Assembly: GCA_964383395.1 (NCBI GenBank) | Contig: CAYLGV010000002.1 | Location: 1 to 41,887 of the forward strand | Origin: an uncultured Candidatus Saccharibacteria bacterium | Lineage (GTDB): Bacteria; Patescibacteriota; Saccharimonadia; Saccharimonadales; CAYLGV01 | DNA: 41,887 bases | Direction of reading: 5' to 3' | Shown: piece by piece, positions 16,427-24,486 of the stretch | Layout of the letters: each line of letters opens with the position of its first letter | How positions within the stretch are numbered: position 1 is the stretch's first letter | Notes under the pieces: model-generated | What the model was told of the DNA's origin: nothing | Database searches by the model: none | Seen by the model: the letters and a program-made list of their open reading frames with translations, nothing else | Program-made: the position numbers and the translations under genes

Positions 16427-18946
16427 ATGAGTAAGCGATGTATTATTTTGTCCCAAGGCCCTGTGCCTACCCCCGAACATAAAAAAGTTGAAGGGGGTGG
16501 TCTTCGTTGTTGGGGTTTGGCAAAAGGCATGCTTGCTAATGATCCATCACTCGAAATAACCGTTGCGTACCACGAGAGTTATACGCAGGATGTATTTACT
16601 GATAACTTCGAAGGCATCAGTATCAAGACATGGGATCTCGGTAATATTGCAGAGCTTGTTGTTGGCTACGATACCGTAATTGTTAGTTATTGTATGTCTG
16701 AGTTATCTGTCAAAACAGCAGACGCCATGCGACCAGATCAGCAACTTATCCTAGACTGCTATGTGCCAATATATGTTGAGGCATCTGCGCGGGACACGGA
16801 CAACCTAGATCGTGAGTACTACGCTTTCCATGGTGAAGTAGGGCGCCTAGCTCATGTGTTAAAACGTGGTGATATCTTCTTGGTGGCCAATGAGCCCCAA
16901 CGTAAGTTTTATCGTGGGGTATTGGCTGCTGTTGGTCGTATCAACCCAGCAACCTACGGCCAAAACCTGATTCAGGTCGTGCCCTATGGTATATATCGTG
17001 AAGAACCAAAAGCAACCGAACAGCCGATAACTAAACTTATGTCTAAAGGTAGCAAAGAAAAGAAAATCCTCTGGTTTGGTGGCATCTATCCTTGGTTTGA
17101 TTTGCGTGGTTTAGTTGATGCAGTCGGCATATTGAATGAAAAGGTACCTGCCAAACTAATTATTGTTGGTGCCAAAAATCCCTTCAATAACCACCCAGAC
17201 TTTACCAGGCCATACGACCAGCTTATTGAACATATTGAAACCACTTCGTCTCAAGACCGTGTGATTGTGCAAGACTGGGTTGAGTTCGACAAGCGAGCTG
17301 ATTGGTATTTAGACAGTGATGCGGTGGTTGTGATCAACAAAGAAGGTGAAGAAAACGAACTGTCATGGCGCACACGTTTAGTCGATTTCTTATGGGCTGA
17401 TCTACCACTTCTTACGAATGGGGGCGATCCACTCGGTGAGATCTTAATCCAAAAACAAGCTGCCCAGAAACTTACTGGCCTAACACCCAAAGAAATAGCA
17501 CACGATCTACAAACAATGCTTAAAGATGATAAGCACTTACTTAAGCTTAAAGAAAATCTTAGTGAATTACGCTCAGATTATTACTGGGACACACTCACTG
17601 CTGATCTTGTGAATGCCGTGAACACACACAAGCGTGCCAAAGATCTTCAGCACTTTGGTGACCAGACTATACTTCCACCAGCTCCTGGTGGCCGCAGAAG
17701 CAAACTCAAGAAGGCAGTTGTGAAGGGCAAGATGTTGCCGGCCTATGCACGCAAGCATGGTTTGAGGAGCACATACCATGTTGTGCGAACGATCGCAGAC
17801 AACCAGTTTAAACGTGTTAGTGTCGGTCGCCGAACACAACCAGGTATAGTTATGGTTTCTCACCAACTTGACCTGTCTGGTGCCCCGTATGTCTTTATAG
17901 ACCTTGCACAGGCTATCAAGGAAGGGTCTGGCAACGTACCGCTCGAATTCCATACATTCAACCCAATCCACAAAGACAATATTGTTCGCCTTAATAAGCT
18001 GAACATTCGACCAAAAATACACCTGAGCAAAGAGATAGGCTTGGATCTTGTACAGGGCGACACCGTTGTCCTAAATACAGTCGCACATAGTGGTCTCATG
18101 AAAGAGTCAGTCTATGCTGGGCTTGAGAACGGCACCGTTAAAAGACTAGTATGGTTTATTCATGAGGACGAGCCAGAATTACTCTTCGATAAGGGCGAAG
18201 CTCGACGCATCAGTACCTTGCTGCAAAAAGATAAAATCATCATGTTTATTGCTGCCGAAAAAGCCATGAAAAACTATCAAAAGTATTTCGAGCAGACTAA
18301 GAACATACGCCTACAGCCCTACAAATACGTTATTCCAAAAAAATTCCAAAAGATGCGAAGTGAAGACGACTTTAAGACAATTAAGTTTATCTTAACAGGT
18401 AACGTTGCCGATGGCCGTAAAGGGCAGTTACCAATTCTCTATGCCTTTCGTGCATTCATTGACCAATATCATGCCAAGAACCCTAAAGCCTATCGAGACT
18501 TTGAACTTACCTATGTCGGATTGTCTCGTGACTTTATATCAAAGCAAATTCTAGATCACGCCGACAAGCTACTCGGCAAGCGCTTCAAGCACTACGGGCA
18601 GGTAGCTCATGATCGTTCTTCCGAGCTAATGATGCAGTCTAACGTCACTATCTGTTATTCACTGCGTGAATGCTTGCCTCTGTTTGTATTTGAAGGTATG
18701 GCGGCGGGACATCCAGTCTTGCGTAATGACTCCTCGGGCATGGTTGAGCAACTTTACCCTGGAAAGAATGGTTTTTACCTGGATAGCGCTGACTACAATC
18801 AGATTGTTGATACCTTAGAAGAAATTTTGAACAAAACGAAGACGACCAATAAGCACCTTGCAGAAATGTCTAAGTATTCAAACAAGATTTCCCTCAATCA
18901 GGCTAACAACACGTATCAGCCGATGATTGATGTAATTCTCAAGTAA
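16427..18946 (+). CDS. large two-module GT-B glycosyltransferase (839 aa)
   Basis: The N-terminal module contains KKILWFGGIYPWFDLRGLVDAV. The second module starts near residue 470 (GIVMVSHQLDLSGAPYVF) and ends with the GT4-type motif RECLPLFVFEGMAAGHPVL. An AAGGAG SD is present, and the start directly follows the upstream stop. Confidence 0.8.
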   Translation: MSKRCIILSQGPVPTPEHKKVEGGGLRCWGLAKGMLANDPSLEITVAYHESYTQDVFTDNFEGISIKTWDLGNIAELVVGYDTVIVSYCMSELSVKTADAMRPDQQLILDCYVPIYVEASARDTDNLDREYYAFHGEVGRLAHVLKRGDIFLVANEPQRKFYRGVLAAVGRINPATYGQNLIQVVPYGIYREEPKATEQPITKLMSKGSKEKKILWFGGIYPWFDLRGLVDAVGILNEKVPAKLIIVGAKNPFNNHPDFTRPYDQLIEHIETTSSQDRVIVQDWVEFDKRADWYLDSDAVVVINKEGEENELSWRTRLVDFLWADLPLLTNGGDPLGEILIQKQAAQKLTGLTPKEIAHDLQTMLKDDKHLLKLKENLSELRSDYYWDTLTADLVNAVNTHKRAKDLQHFGDQTILPPAPGGRRSKLKKAVVKGKMLPAYARKHGLRSTYHVVRTIADNQFKRVSVGRRTQPGIVMVSHQLDLSGAPYVFIDLAQAIKEGSGNVPLEFHTFNPIHKDNIVRLNKLNIRPKIHLSKEIGLDLVQGDTVVLNTVAHSGLMKESVYAGLENGTVKRLVWFIHEDEPELLFDKGEARRISTLLQKDKIIMFIAAEKAMKNYQKYFEQTKNIRLQPYKYVIPKKFQKMRSEDDFKTIKFILTGNVADGRKGQLPILYAFRAFIDQYHAKNPKAYRDFELTYVGLSRDFISKQILDHADKLLGKRFKHYGQVAHDRSSELMMQSNVTICYSLRECLPLFVFEGMAAGHPVLRNDSSGMVEQLYPGKNGFYLDSADYNQIVDTLEEILNKTKTTNKHLAEMSKYSNKISLNQANNTYQPMIDVILK

Positions 18947-18948
18947 AA

Positions 18949-18977
18949 TTGACAGTTAAGTCACCAATACTTAAGAT
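18949..18977 (+). promoter_or_regulatory. candidate sigma70-type promoter: TTGACA, 17 nt spacer, TAAGAT
   Basis: TTGACA at 18949..18954, a 17-nt spacer, then TAAGAT at 18972..18977. The ATG at 18987 lies 9 nt downstream with no SD. The -10 sits in a tandem 9-mer, TACTTAAGA x2 (18968..18985). Confidence 0.35.
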
Positions 18978-18986
18978 ACTTAAGAT

Positions 18987-19910
18987 ATGAATAGCGATAT
19001 ACGCTGCCTAGTTATAGGTGCAAATGGTTTTATTGGTAGCCATCTGGTTGATGAGTTGGCAGAAGCAGGTTATCTTGTGCGTGCTTTTGATCGCTTCTCT
19101 GAACCTATCCAATATAAACAACACCAGAATATTCAAACAGTTAAAGGTGATTTTTTCAGTGAAGATGATATTAGTGAATCACTGAAGGATGCTGACTTTG
19201 TTTTTCACTCGCTCTCAATGACAACACCGTTCAGTTCAGACAACGATCCATTCACAGATATAGATAGAAATCTACGTCCAGCGGTACAGCTTTTCAACCT
19301 GTGCTTAAAGGCGGGTGTTAAGAAGGTAATCTATATGTCATCCGGAGGAGCTATATATGGGCATATCTCTGAAGAACGTGCTGCAACAGAGGATGATGCA
19401 ACAACCCCCGTTTCTCCTTACGGCATAATTAAACTCGCAATTGAGAATTATCTGGCGTATTTCAATCGTAAATTTGGGCTTGATTACACTGTTTATCGTC
19501 TCACAAATCCATATGGACCCAGGCAACAATTCCGTAACAATCAAGGAGTTATACCAGCTTTTTTGCAGCAAATCAAAGAGAAGCAAGAAGTGACTGTATT
19601 AGGTGATGGTGAAGCATCCCGTGACTATGTGTATATCCGTGACGTTACACGTATGATAACGGAAAGCTTTTACAAAAGTACTAAGTACCGCACCTATAAT
19701 ATTGGAAGTGGCAAGCAAACCACTGTTAATCAAATCATTGATGCTATTAGAAACGCCACCCATCTGGATTTTTCAGTAACTAACGTTGAGCCGCCAAAGA
19801 CATTTTTAAAAAGCGCAAACATAAGCACTGACCGTTTTCAAAACGAATTCGGTGATCATGCAACGACAAGCCTCGAAGAAGGTCTAAAAGCAACCACTAC
19901 TGAGTATTAA
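18987..19910 (+). CDS. NAD-dependent sugar epimerase/dehydratase (extended SDR)
   Basis: VIGANGFIGSHL is the Rossmann motif, and SPYGIIKLAIE is the YxxxK catalytic motif. 307 aa. Confidence 0.85.
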   Translation: MNSDIRCLVIGANGFIGSHLVDELAEAGYLVRAFDRFSEPIQYKQHQNIQTVKGDFFSEDDISESLKDADFVFHSLSMTTPFSSDNDPFTDIDRNLRPAVQLFNLCLKAGVKKVIYMSSGGAIYGHISEERAATEDDATTPVSPYGIIKLAIENYLAYFNRKFGLDYTVYRLTNPYGPRQQFRNNQGVIPAFLQQIKEKQEVTVLGDGEASRDYVYIRDVTRMITESFYKSTKYRTYNIGSGKQTTVNQIIDAIRNATHLDFSVTNVEPPKTFLKSANISTDRFQNEFGDHATTSLEEGLKATTTEY

Positions 19911-21231
19911 AGCTCGGTCCTTCGTACAAGTAACCAGCCTTATGATACAACCAGTCTTTGTCAGCTTGGGTTGGGTTGGCAACTAAGAAGTGAAGATAGG
20001 TATTTGGGTTATAAAAGCTGTGTGCTTGGTTTGGTGGGTTTGATATTCCACCTGGCAATACATAAAATACGATACCTGCCTCTTGTTGATAGCCTGTACG
20101 GCCTGCAGCTAGTTGCTCAGGAGTTTCGTAATGTGTCGTCCATAGATGCATTTGTGTGCGTGGATTATATAAACGATAAACAGGTGTTGCGAGTGGTGAA
20201 GTAGCAGGTGTAGTGTTAAACACTGGTCCTTCGTTTATGTAGCCAATTTGCGCAAGGAATGATACATCGCAGTCACGTGCAGAGTAGAAGTGATCAAATG
20301 TTCGAGGGTTATAGAAACGGCGGACGTAGGATAGGGTAGGTTCGTTGGCTGTACAAGCACCGGCAATTGTGCTCCCAAACCATCGGCTAAAGTACCAAAA
20401 GAAGTTCCTATTACCATACGCGCTACAACCGTCCCCACCGCCGGCATTAGAATCTGAAAGACCACTCAAAGCTGCTGGGTTAGGCTGGTATGGCGTGTAG
20501 TTATAAAGGCCAGCAGTAGCTTGGTTACGAATGAAGATGTTTGTTCCACCACAACCAGCGTTAGGGTTGTACTGAATATAGTTATTGCGACCTTTCTGGT
20601 AACTAAAGAGGTTGGCATCACGGGCATATCGCTTAAACTGTCGTGCTGCGTTATAGACTTGGTTGAAAAAGCCATAGTAGTTCGCATCGCAAGGAGCTGT
20701 GTCAGGACATCCGTAGCCTGTTGCGCTACGGTACTGAATACTCCATGGCCAATCATCGGTGATAAGTGACTGTTCTTTTTGTAACAAAACAATAAGTACT
20801 TGGGGGTTTATACCACAGCTACGCGACACCACGTAGATAATTTCTGCTGCAGATTTTGTACCAGAACCAATCCCTGTACATAATCCGCTTTCTGCATCCT
20901 TTTGGGGGATACCTACCTGCACGTAATCTTTAAGGCAGGTGAATGGTGCGGGATAGCCCCTGGATGCGCCATATGCTGCTCTTGTGGTACCTGCATAAGG
21001 CTGTGTACCATTTGTGTCACAAACGGGAACTTTGCTATTCAGGAAGTTCTGGATGTCGGGAATACTCATTAAGCTTGAGTTGAAGAAAACTTCATCGTCA
21101 ATGATTCGGCCTGGGTCAAAGTCACTGGCTGCGAGCGCGCTAGCTTTTGGCTGCGGAGCTGCAGCAACAATGCTTAAGCAAAGAACTAGGCTGATGGTGA
21201 CTGCAAATAGGGTGTTTAACTTTCTTAACAT
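19897..21231 (-). CDS. secreted protein: cysteine-rich N-terminal domain (possible cell-wall hydrolase-like) plus three C-terminal repeats
   Basis: The signal peptide is MLRKLNTLFAVTISLVLCLSIVAAAPQPKASALA. The central stretch is SAAEIIYVVSRSCGINPQVLIVLLQKEQSLIT. The C-terminal repeats are listed as a separate feature. The start overlaps the stop of the upstream gene (TAATG at 21231). Confidence 0.7.
   Translation of the reverse strand: MLRKLNTLFAVTISLVLCLSIVAAAPQPKASALAASDFDPGRIIDDEVFFNSSLMSIPDIQNFLNSKVPVCDTNGTQPYAGTTRAAYGASRGYPAPFTCLKDYVQVGIPQKDAESGLCTGIGSGTKSAAEIIYVVSRSCGINPQVLIVLLQKEQSLITDDWPWSIQYRSATGYGCPDTAPCDANYYGFFNQVYNAARQFKRYARDANLFSYQKGRNNYIQYNPNAGCGGTNIFIRNQATAGLYNYTPYQPNPAALSGLSDSNAGGGDGCSAYGNRNFFWYFSRWFGSTIAGACTANEPTLSYVRRFYNPRTFDHFYSARDCDVSFLAQIGYINEGPVFNTTPATSPLATPVYRLYNPRTQMHLWTTHYETPEQLAAGRTGYQQEAGIVFYVLPGGISNPPNQAHSFYNPNTYLHFLVANPTQADKDWLYHKAGYLYEGPSFNTQ
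19903..20328 (-). repeat. three protein-level repeats of about 40 aa (FYNPxT..H......GY..EG..F; DUF5648-like as I recall)
   Basis: R1 is RRFYNPRTFDHFYS...IGYINEGPVFNT (aa 302-340). R2 is VYRLYNPRTQMHLWT...GYQQEAGIVFYV (aa 351-391). R3 is SFYNPNTYLHFLV...AGYLYEGPSFNT (aa 404-443). Confidence 0.6.
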
Positions 21232-21830
21232 TACTGAGCCCTAACACTTAAGTTACTGGTTGTCGTGCCTTCAGAGGTTGGTGAAGTATAGGTTACCTTC
21301 AAGCTCCAGTCACCTGCGCTTAGTTCTGATGATGAGAAAGTGATAGGCGCACAGTTGGTATTTGAGACGTTATCGACGGCAGCTCCTGACTTAGTAACAG
21401 GATTTGCGCCTGAGCGAGAAGCGGTTACTGTACATGTTCCACCGGCTTCAATAACACCAGAGACAATAGCATTTACGACGTAGCCATCTGAACCAGCTGG
21501 CCCAGCGTAAGAGACAGTTACGGTAACTGCTTTTTTACCACTTGGAGTTTGGCTAGGGGTAGGGTTGGTATTGCTACTATTGTTCTTTGGGTCCGATGTG
21601 TTCGTTGAGTTTGAATTTTGTTGGTTAGCAAGCTCTTCCTTGTGCTCCTCAGTGGCTTGCTTCTCTTGAGGAGTAGGTCCACTTACTGTATTGGTAGGAG
21701 TGTCATTTTGTCGAGCCTTATAGAATGCAAAGCCAGTTCCAAAAACTACCAAGACGGCAAGGATAGCCACAAATATAGCCTTTTTGTTTCTTGGTGATCG
21801 ATGATTTTTTGAATAGGTTTTTGTCTTCAT
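21231..21830 (-). CDS. membrane-anchored exported protein with an S/T/N/P-rich linker and a small beta-rich C-terminal domain
   Basis: The N-terminal anchor is AIFVAILAVLVVFGTGFAFY. A low-complexity stretch NSNSTNTSDPKNNSSNTNPTPSQTPSG follows. The C-terminal domain of about 100 aa has two Cys residues. Confidence 0.7.
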   Translation of the reverse strand: MKTKTYSKNHRSPRNKKAIFVAILAVLVVFGTGFAFYKARQNDTPTNTVSGPTPQEKQATEEHKEELANQQNSNSTNTSDPKNNSSNTNPTPSQTPSGKKAVTVTVSYAGPAGSDGYVVNAIVSGVIEAGGTCTVTASRSGANPVTKSGAAVDNVSNTNCAPITFSSSELSAGDWSLKVTYTSPTSEGTTTSNLSVRAQ

Positions 21831-21842
21831 GGTAACGTTGAT

Positions 21843-21871
21843 AGTCTACCACAAAAAGCTTAAGTTTACAA
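21843..21871 (-). promoter_or_regulatory. candidate internal promoter: TTGTAA, 17 nt spacer, extended -10 TGGTAGACT
   Basis: On the minus strand the -35 TTGTAA is at 21871..21866. A 17-nt spacer ends in the TGG at 21851..21849. The -10 TAGACT is at 21848..21843. ATG 21830 lies 12 nt downstream with no SD. Confidence 0.3.
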
Positions 21872-21886
21872 TAGCTTCCAGCTCGT

Positions 21887-23818
21887 TTACTTGCGAACCC
21901 AGACCGTTTGTTGACCGAAACCAGTTAGTGGTTCATATTTCTCATTCAGAACACTATATACCTCTGGGAAGCGCTGAGGATTTGGCACAAAATCAAAATT
22001 ACTTGTCCAGTTATTATTTGTGACAACATACTTGACATTGTCCATGCTGTTTAGCTGGCCAGCAATCTCTTGGCGTTGAGCGCCTGTGTAGGCATACCAG
22101 ATGATAAAGTAACGAATGGGTGATGGTTTGTCTGCTAAGTAGTACCAAATACCTTCCGAGGTAAGGGTTACGAATGTATCTGATCCGTGCATATTCTGTT
22201 TTAAGAACGCTGCTGTTTCGAGATAGTCAGGACGGACGATCTCACTGTCTTTCAGGTGTATTGGAAATGCATCGTGAGCGATGTCGATCTTTTTAACTTG
22301 TATGCTAAATGCCAAAAGCACAATACCCAACAATAGTATGGTCAAGTAATTGATCGCCGTACCAAGTTTAAGTTTGCTACTGAAAAGATAGTTTACAAGC
22401 AGGACGGATAGAAGTAGGTAAGTCCATTGAACAGTATAGGCAAAGTGTGACACGTCAGACCTGCCAATTGCACTACGTAAGAAAACAGCAGCTGTTACAA
22501 AAAGAAGTATTACAATATAGTGTTTTTGGATGAGATCGGCGGTATTGTCTCTTAGAGCCGCAATGCGTGCACTCCAGTTTTTGGTGCTGAGTTTCTTCTC
22601 TGACCATATCTTAACTAGGTAACTGCCACCTATGAAAACACCAACCGACATTATTAGCAGTAAGATACTCACAGACATGTTGGGCTGCTTAAAGATGATG
22701 CCGTCAAGATACTCTTTATACCTAGACATAGTGAGGGTGTAGACGATGAAGTCACGGAATGCCCATTTGAGGGCAAGCCCGAGTACTGGTATACCAACAA
22801 TAAGGCCAAAAATATACGGAGCAACAGTGTACTTTAAGAAGCTTCGGAACGGAGAAAGAATGAGCAACATCAATAGCCAACCAAGGGAGAGGAAGGTTAT
22901 GTAGAAAGCTCTATCAATTGAAACTGCGTAGGTGGTCATGACAATGAAGCCAATTGCAAAACTACAGAGTGCAAAAAGTGCAAATCGCTTCCTTCGCCAA
23001 TATCTAATGCCAGTAATCGCTGATATAAGGAACAGAATCGTGGGTATGTCTCTGAACGGAAATTGAACAGGTATGAAAATCTTATTGAGAAGACCGAGAC
23101 CGGGTAGGGATAACAAAGCCAGACCGATAAGAGAAAGACCAAGAGCTGATTTGAGTAGGTTACCTTTAAATATTACCAACAGTAGCAGGAAGTAGAGCAT
23201 ATAGGTGATGATGATGAGAATCGTTGTAAAGGCTCGAGATGCGCCAATACTTTGGCCGAAGAACTTGAAGGCTAACACCGTTCGCAATGTATCTTGAAAG
23301 ACTCCATGGATTGGCACGAAGTCTCGATATGGCTTGAGATTAGGTTGTTGATAAGCGAGCGCTGGTGCTAGTGTCTCGCCTTCATGGAAGGTATCAACCA
23401 GAGCGTATTTATAGGGTTCGCCGTAGGTACCTACCGGATTATTAGCGGGGTTAGTACTGTTCTGGTAGATTCCCATCCCAACGCAAAGTAAAAGACAGGC
23501 CAGAGTTAGAATAATCTTGCCACTAAATATAAGTCGTTTGTTCTTGGTAAGCTTTTGGAGTGACTTTGCGTTAACAAGAAGCCAGAAACCAAAGCAGGCT
23601 AACGGGGGTAATAATACTGCAAATAGAAATCGCAAAATGTTGCTTGTCGGATTGTACTGAATTGTCGGCAAGTAACTAATAATCCCAGCATGATCGCGGT
23701 ATGGAAGTTGGATTGCTCCCCAACAAAGCCATACACCATAGAAGGTTAACAAGAAGATATATGTGTATGCACTACGCAAGACAGCAGTAAGATTTTTCAT
23801 AAATGTTTCTAAGCCCAT
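21887..23818 (-). CDS. polytopic membrane protein with a C-terminal extracytoplasmic domain; possible GT-C-fold glycosyltransferase
   Basis: 643 aa with about 12-14 hydrophobic helices. An acidic loop VDTFHEGE follows the early helices, and the soluble tail is about 130 aa. The family assignment rests on architecture and neighbourhood only. Confidence 0.6.
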   Translation of the reverse strand: MGLETFMKNLTAVLRSAYTYIFLLTFYGVWLCWGAIQLPYRDHAGIISYLPTIQYNPTSNILRFLFAVLLPPLACFGFWLLVNAKSLQKLTKNKRLIFSGKIILTLACLLLCVGMGIYQNSTNPANNPVGTYGEPYKYALVDTFHEGETLAPALAYQQPNLKPYRDFVPIHGVFQDTLRTVLAFKFFGQSIGASRAFTTILIIITYMLYFLLLLVIFKGNLLKSALGLSLIGLALLSLPGLGLLNKIFIPVQFPFRDIPTILFLISAITGIRYWRRKRFALFALCSFAIGFIVMTTYAVSIDRAFYITFLSLGWLLMLLILSPFRSFLKYTVAPYIFGLIVGIPVLGLALKWAFRDFIVYTLTMSRYKEYLDGIIFKQPNMSVSILLLIMSVGVFIGGSYLVKIWSEKKLSTKNWSARIAALRDNTADLIQKHYIVILLFVTAAVFLRSAIGRSDVSHFAYTVQWTYLLLSVLLVNYLFSSKLKLGTAINYLTILLLGIVLLAFSIQVKKIDIAHDAFPIHLKDSEIVRPDYLETAAFLKQNMHGSDTFVTLTSEGIWYYLADKPSPIRYFIIWYAYTGAQRQEIAGQLNSMDNVKYVVTNNNWTSNFDFVPNPQRFPEVYSVLNEKYEPLTGFGQQTVWVRK

Positions 23819-23988
23819 TCCAACTCGTTGATTTAATAGACGCGTACGGAGTCACTACTATAATAAACATGTTCAAGGCTGTCGCAAAATTATTACACTT
23901 ACAGCAGTAGTAACACTTAAAAAAACCCCCAAATTCTGATACTATACAATCAACTTCTAATAGCAGAAAAGGTGTAAGGTAGATTTGG

Positions 23989-24447
23989 GTGTATAGGGTA
24001 TTGCCGCAAAATAAACACATTGCATGGAGCTGGCAGCTAGTAAAAGAGTCTTTCGAGCTCAGCCCAAGCCGCAAGACATCCATCCAGCTTATTCGTAGCC
24101 TGATTGTTTCGATTGTTGCTCTTGTGGTGGACTTTGGCGGACTAATCTTTCTTAAAGAAGTCTTTAATATTAATTATCTAGTTGCAGCGACAATAAGCTT
24201 TCTGGCTGGTGTTACGGTCAACTACATACTAAGTGTTAAATGGGTGTTTGCTGATCGCAAGCTCTCTTCTCGCAAGGCTGAGTTTATTATTTTCGTTGGC
24301 ATTTGTACGATTGGGCTTGGATTGAACTTGGCTATTATTGCCGGTATGGTTCAAATCGGGCATCTTGACTATCGTGTGGCAAAAGCTGTATCAACGGTTG
24401 TTGTATTCTTTTGGAATTTCATTGCACGGAAGAAGATATTGTATTAA
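23989..24447 (+). CDS. GtrA-like family membrane protein
   Basis: LIVSIVALVVDFGGLIFL and SFLAGVTVNYILSVKWVF are typical of the 4-TM GtrA family. The start is GTG at 23989; TTG at 24001 is an alternative. Confidence 0.8.
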   Translation: MYRVLPQNKHIAWSWQLVKESFELSPSRKTSIQLIRSLIVSIVALVVDFGGLIFLKEVFNINYLVAATISFLAGVTVNYILSVKWVFADRKLSSRKAEFIIFVGICTIGLGLNLAIIAGMVQIGHLDYRVAKAVSTVVVFFWNFIARKKILY

Positions 24448-24486
24448 GTTCAGTTCAAGTATTGAACAGGTTAAACTGGAGGCGTA

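Noticed and set aside
18968-18985. Tandem 9-mer TACTTAAGA x2, considered as a phase-variable microsatellite
   Set aside because: There are only two copies and the repeat is intergenic. It is better explained as part of the candidate promoter or -10 region for the gene at 18987.
23866-23873. Palindrome AACATGTT in the 23819..23988 divergent spacer, considered as a second LexA/Cheo box
   Set aside because: The half-site spacing is wrong. It lacks the GAAC-N4-GTTC pattern and is only 8 bp, which is expected by chance many times in 42 kb.
24453-24467. Small hairpin GTTCAA-GTA-TTGAAC between the GtrA-like and flavoprotein genes, considered as a terminator
   Set aside because: The stem is a 6-bp AT-rich helix with no U-tract. 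The downstream gene has its own SD only 10 nt away, so the genes are probably co-transcribed.
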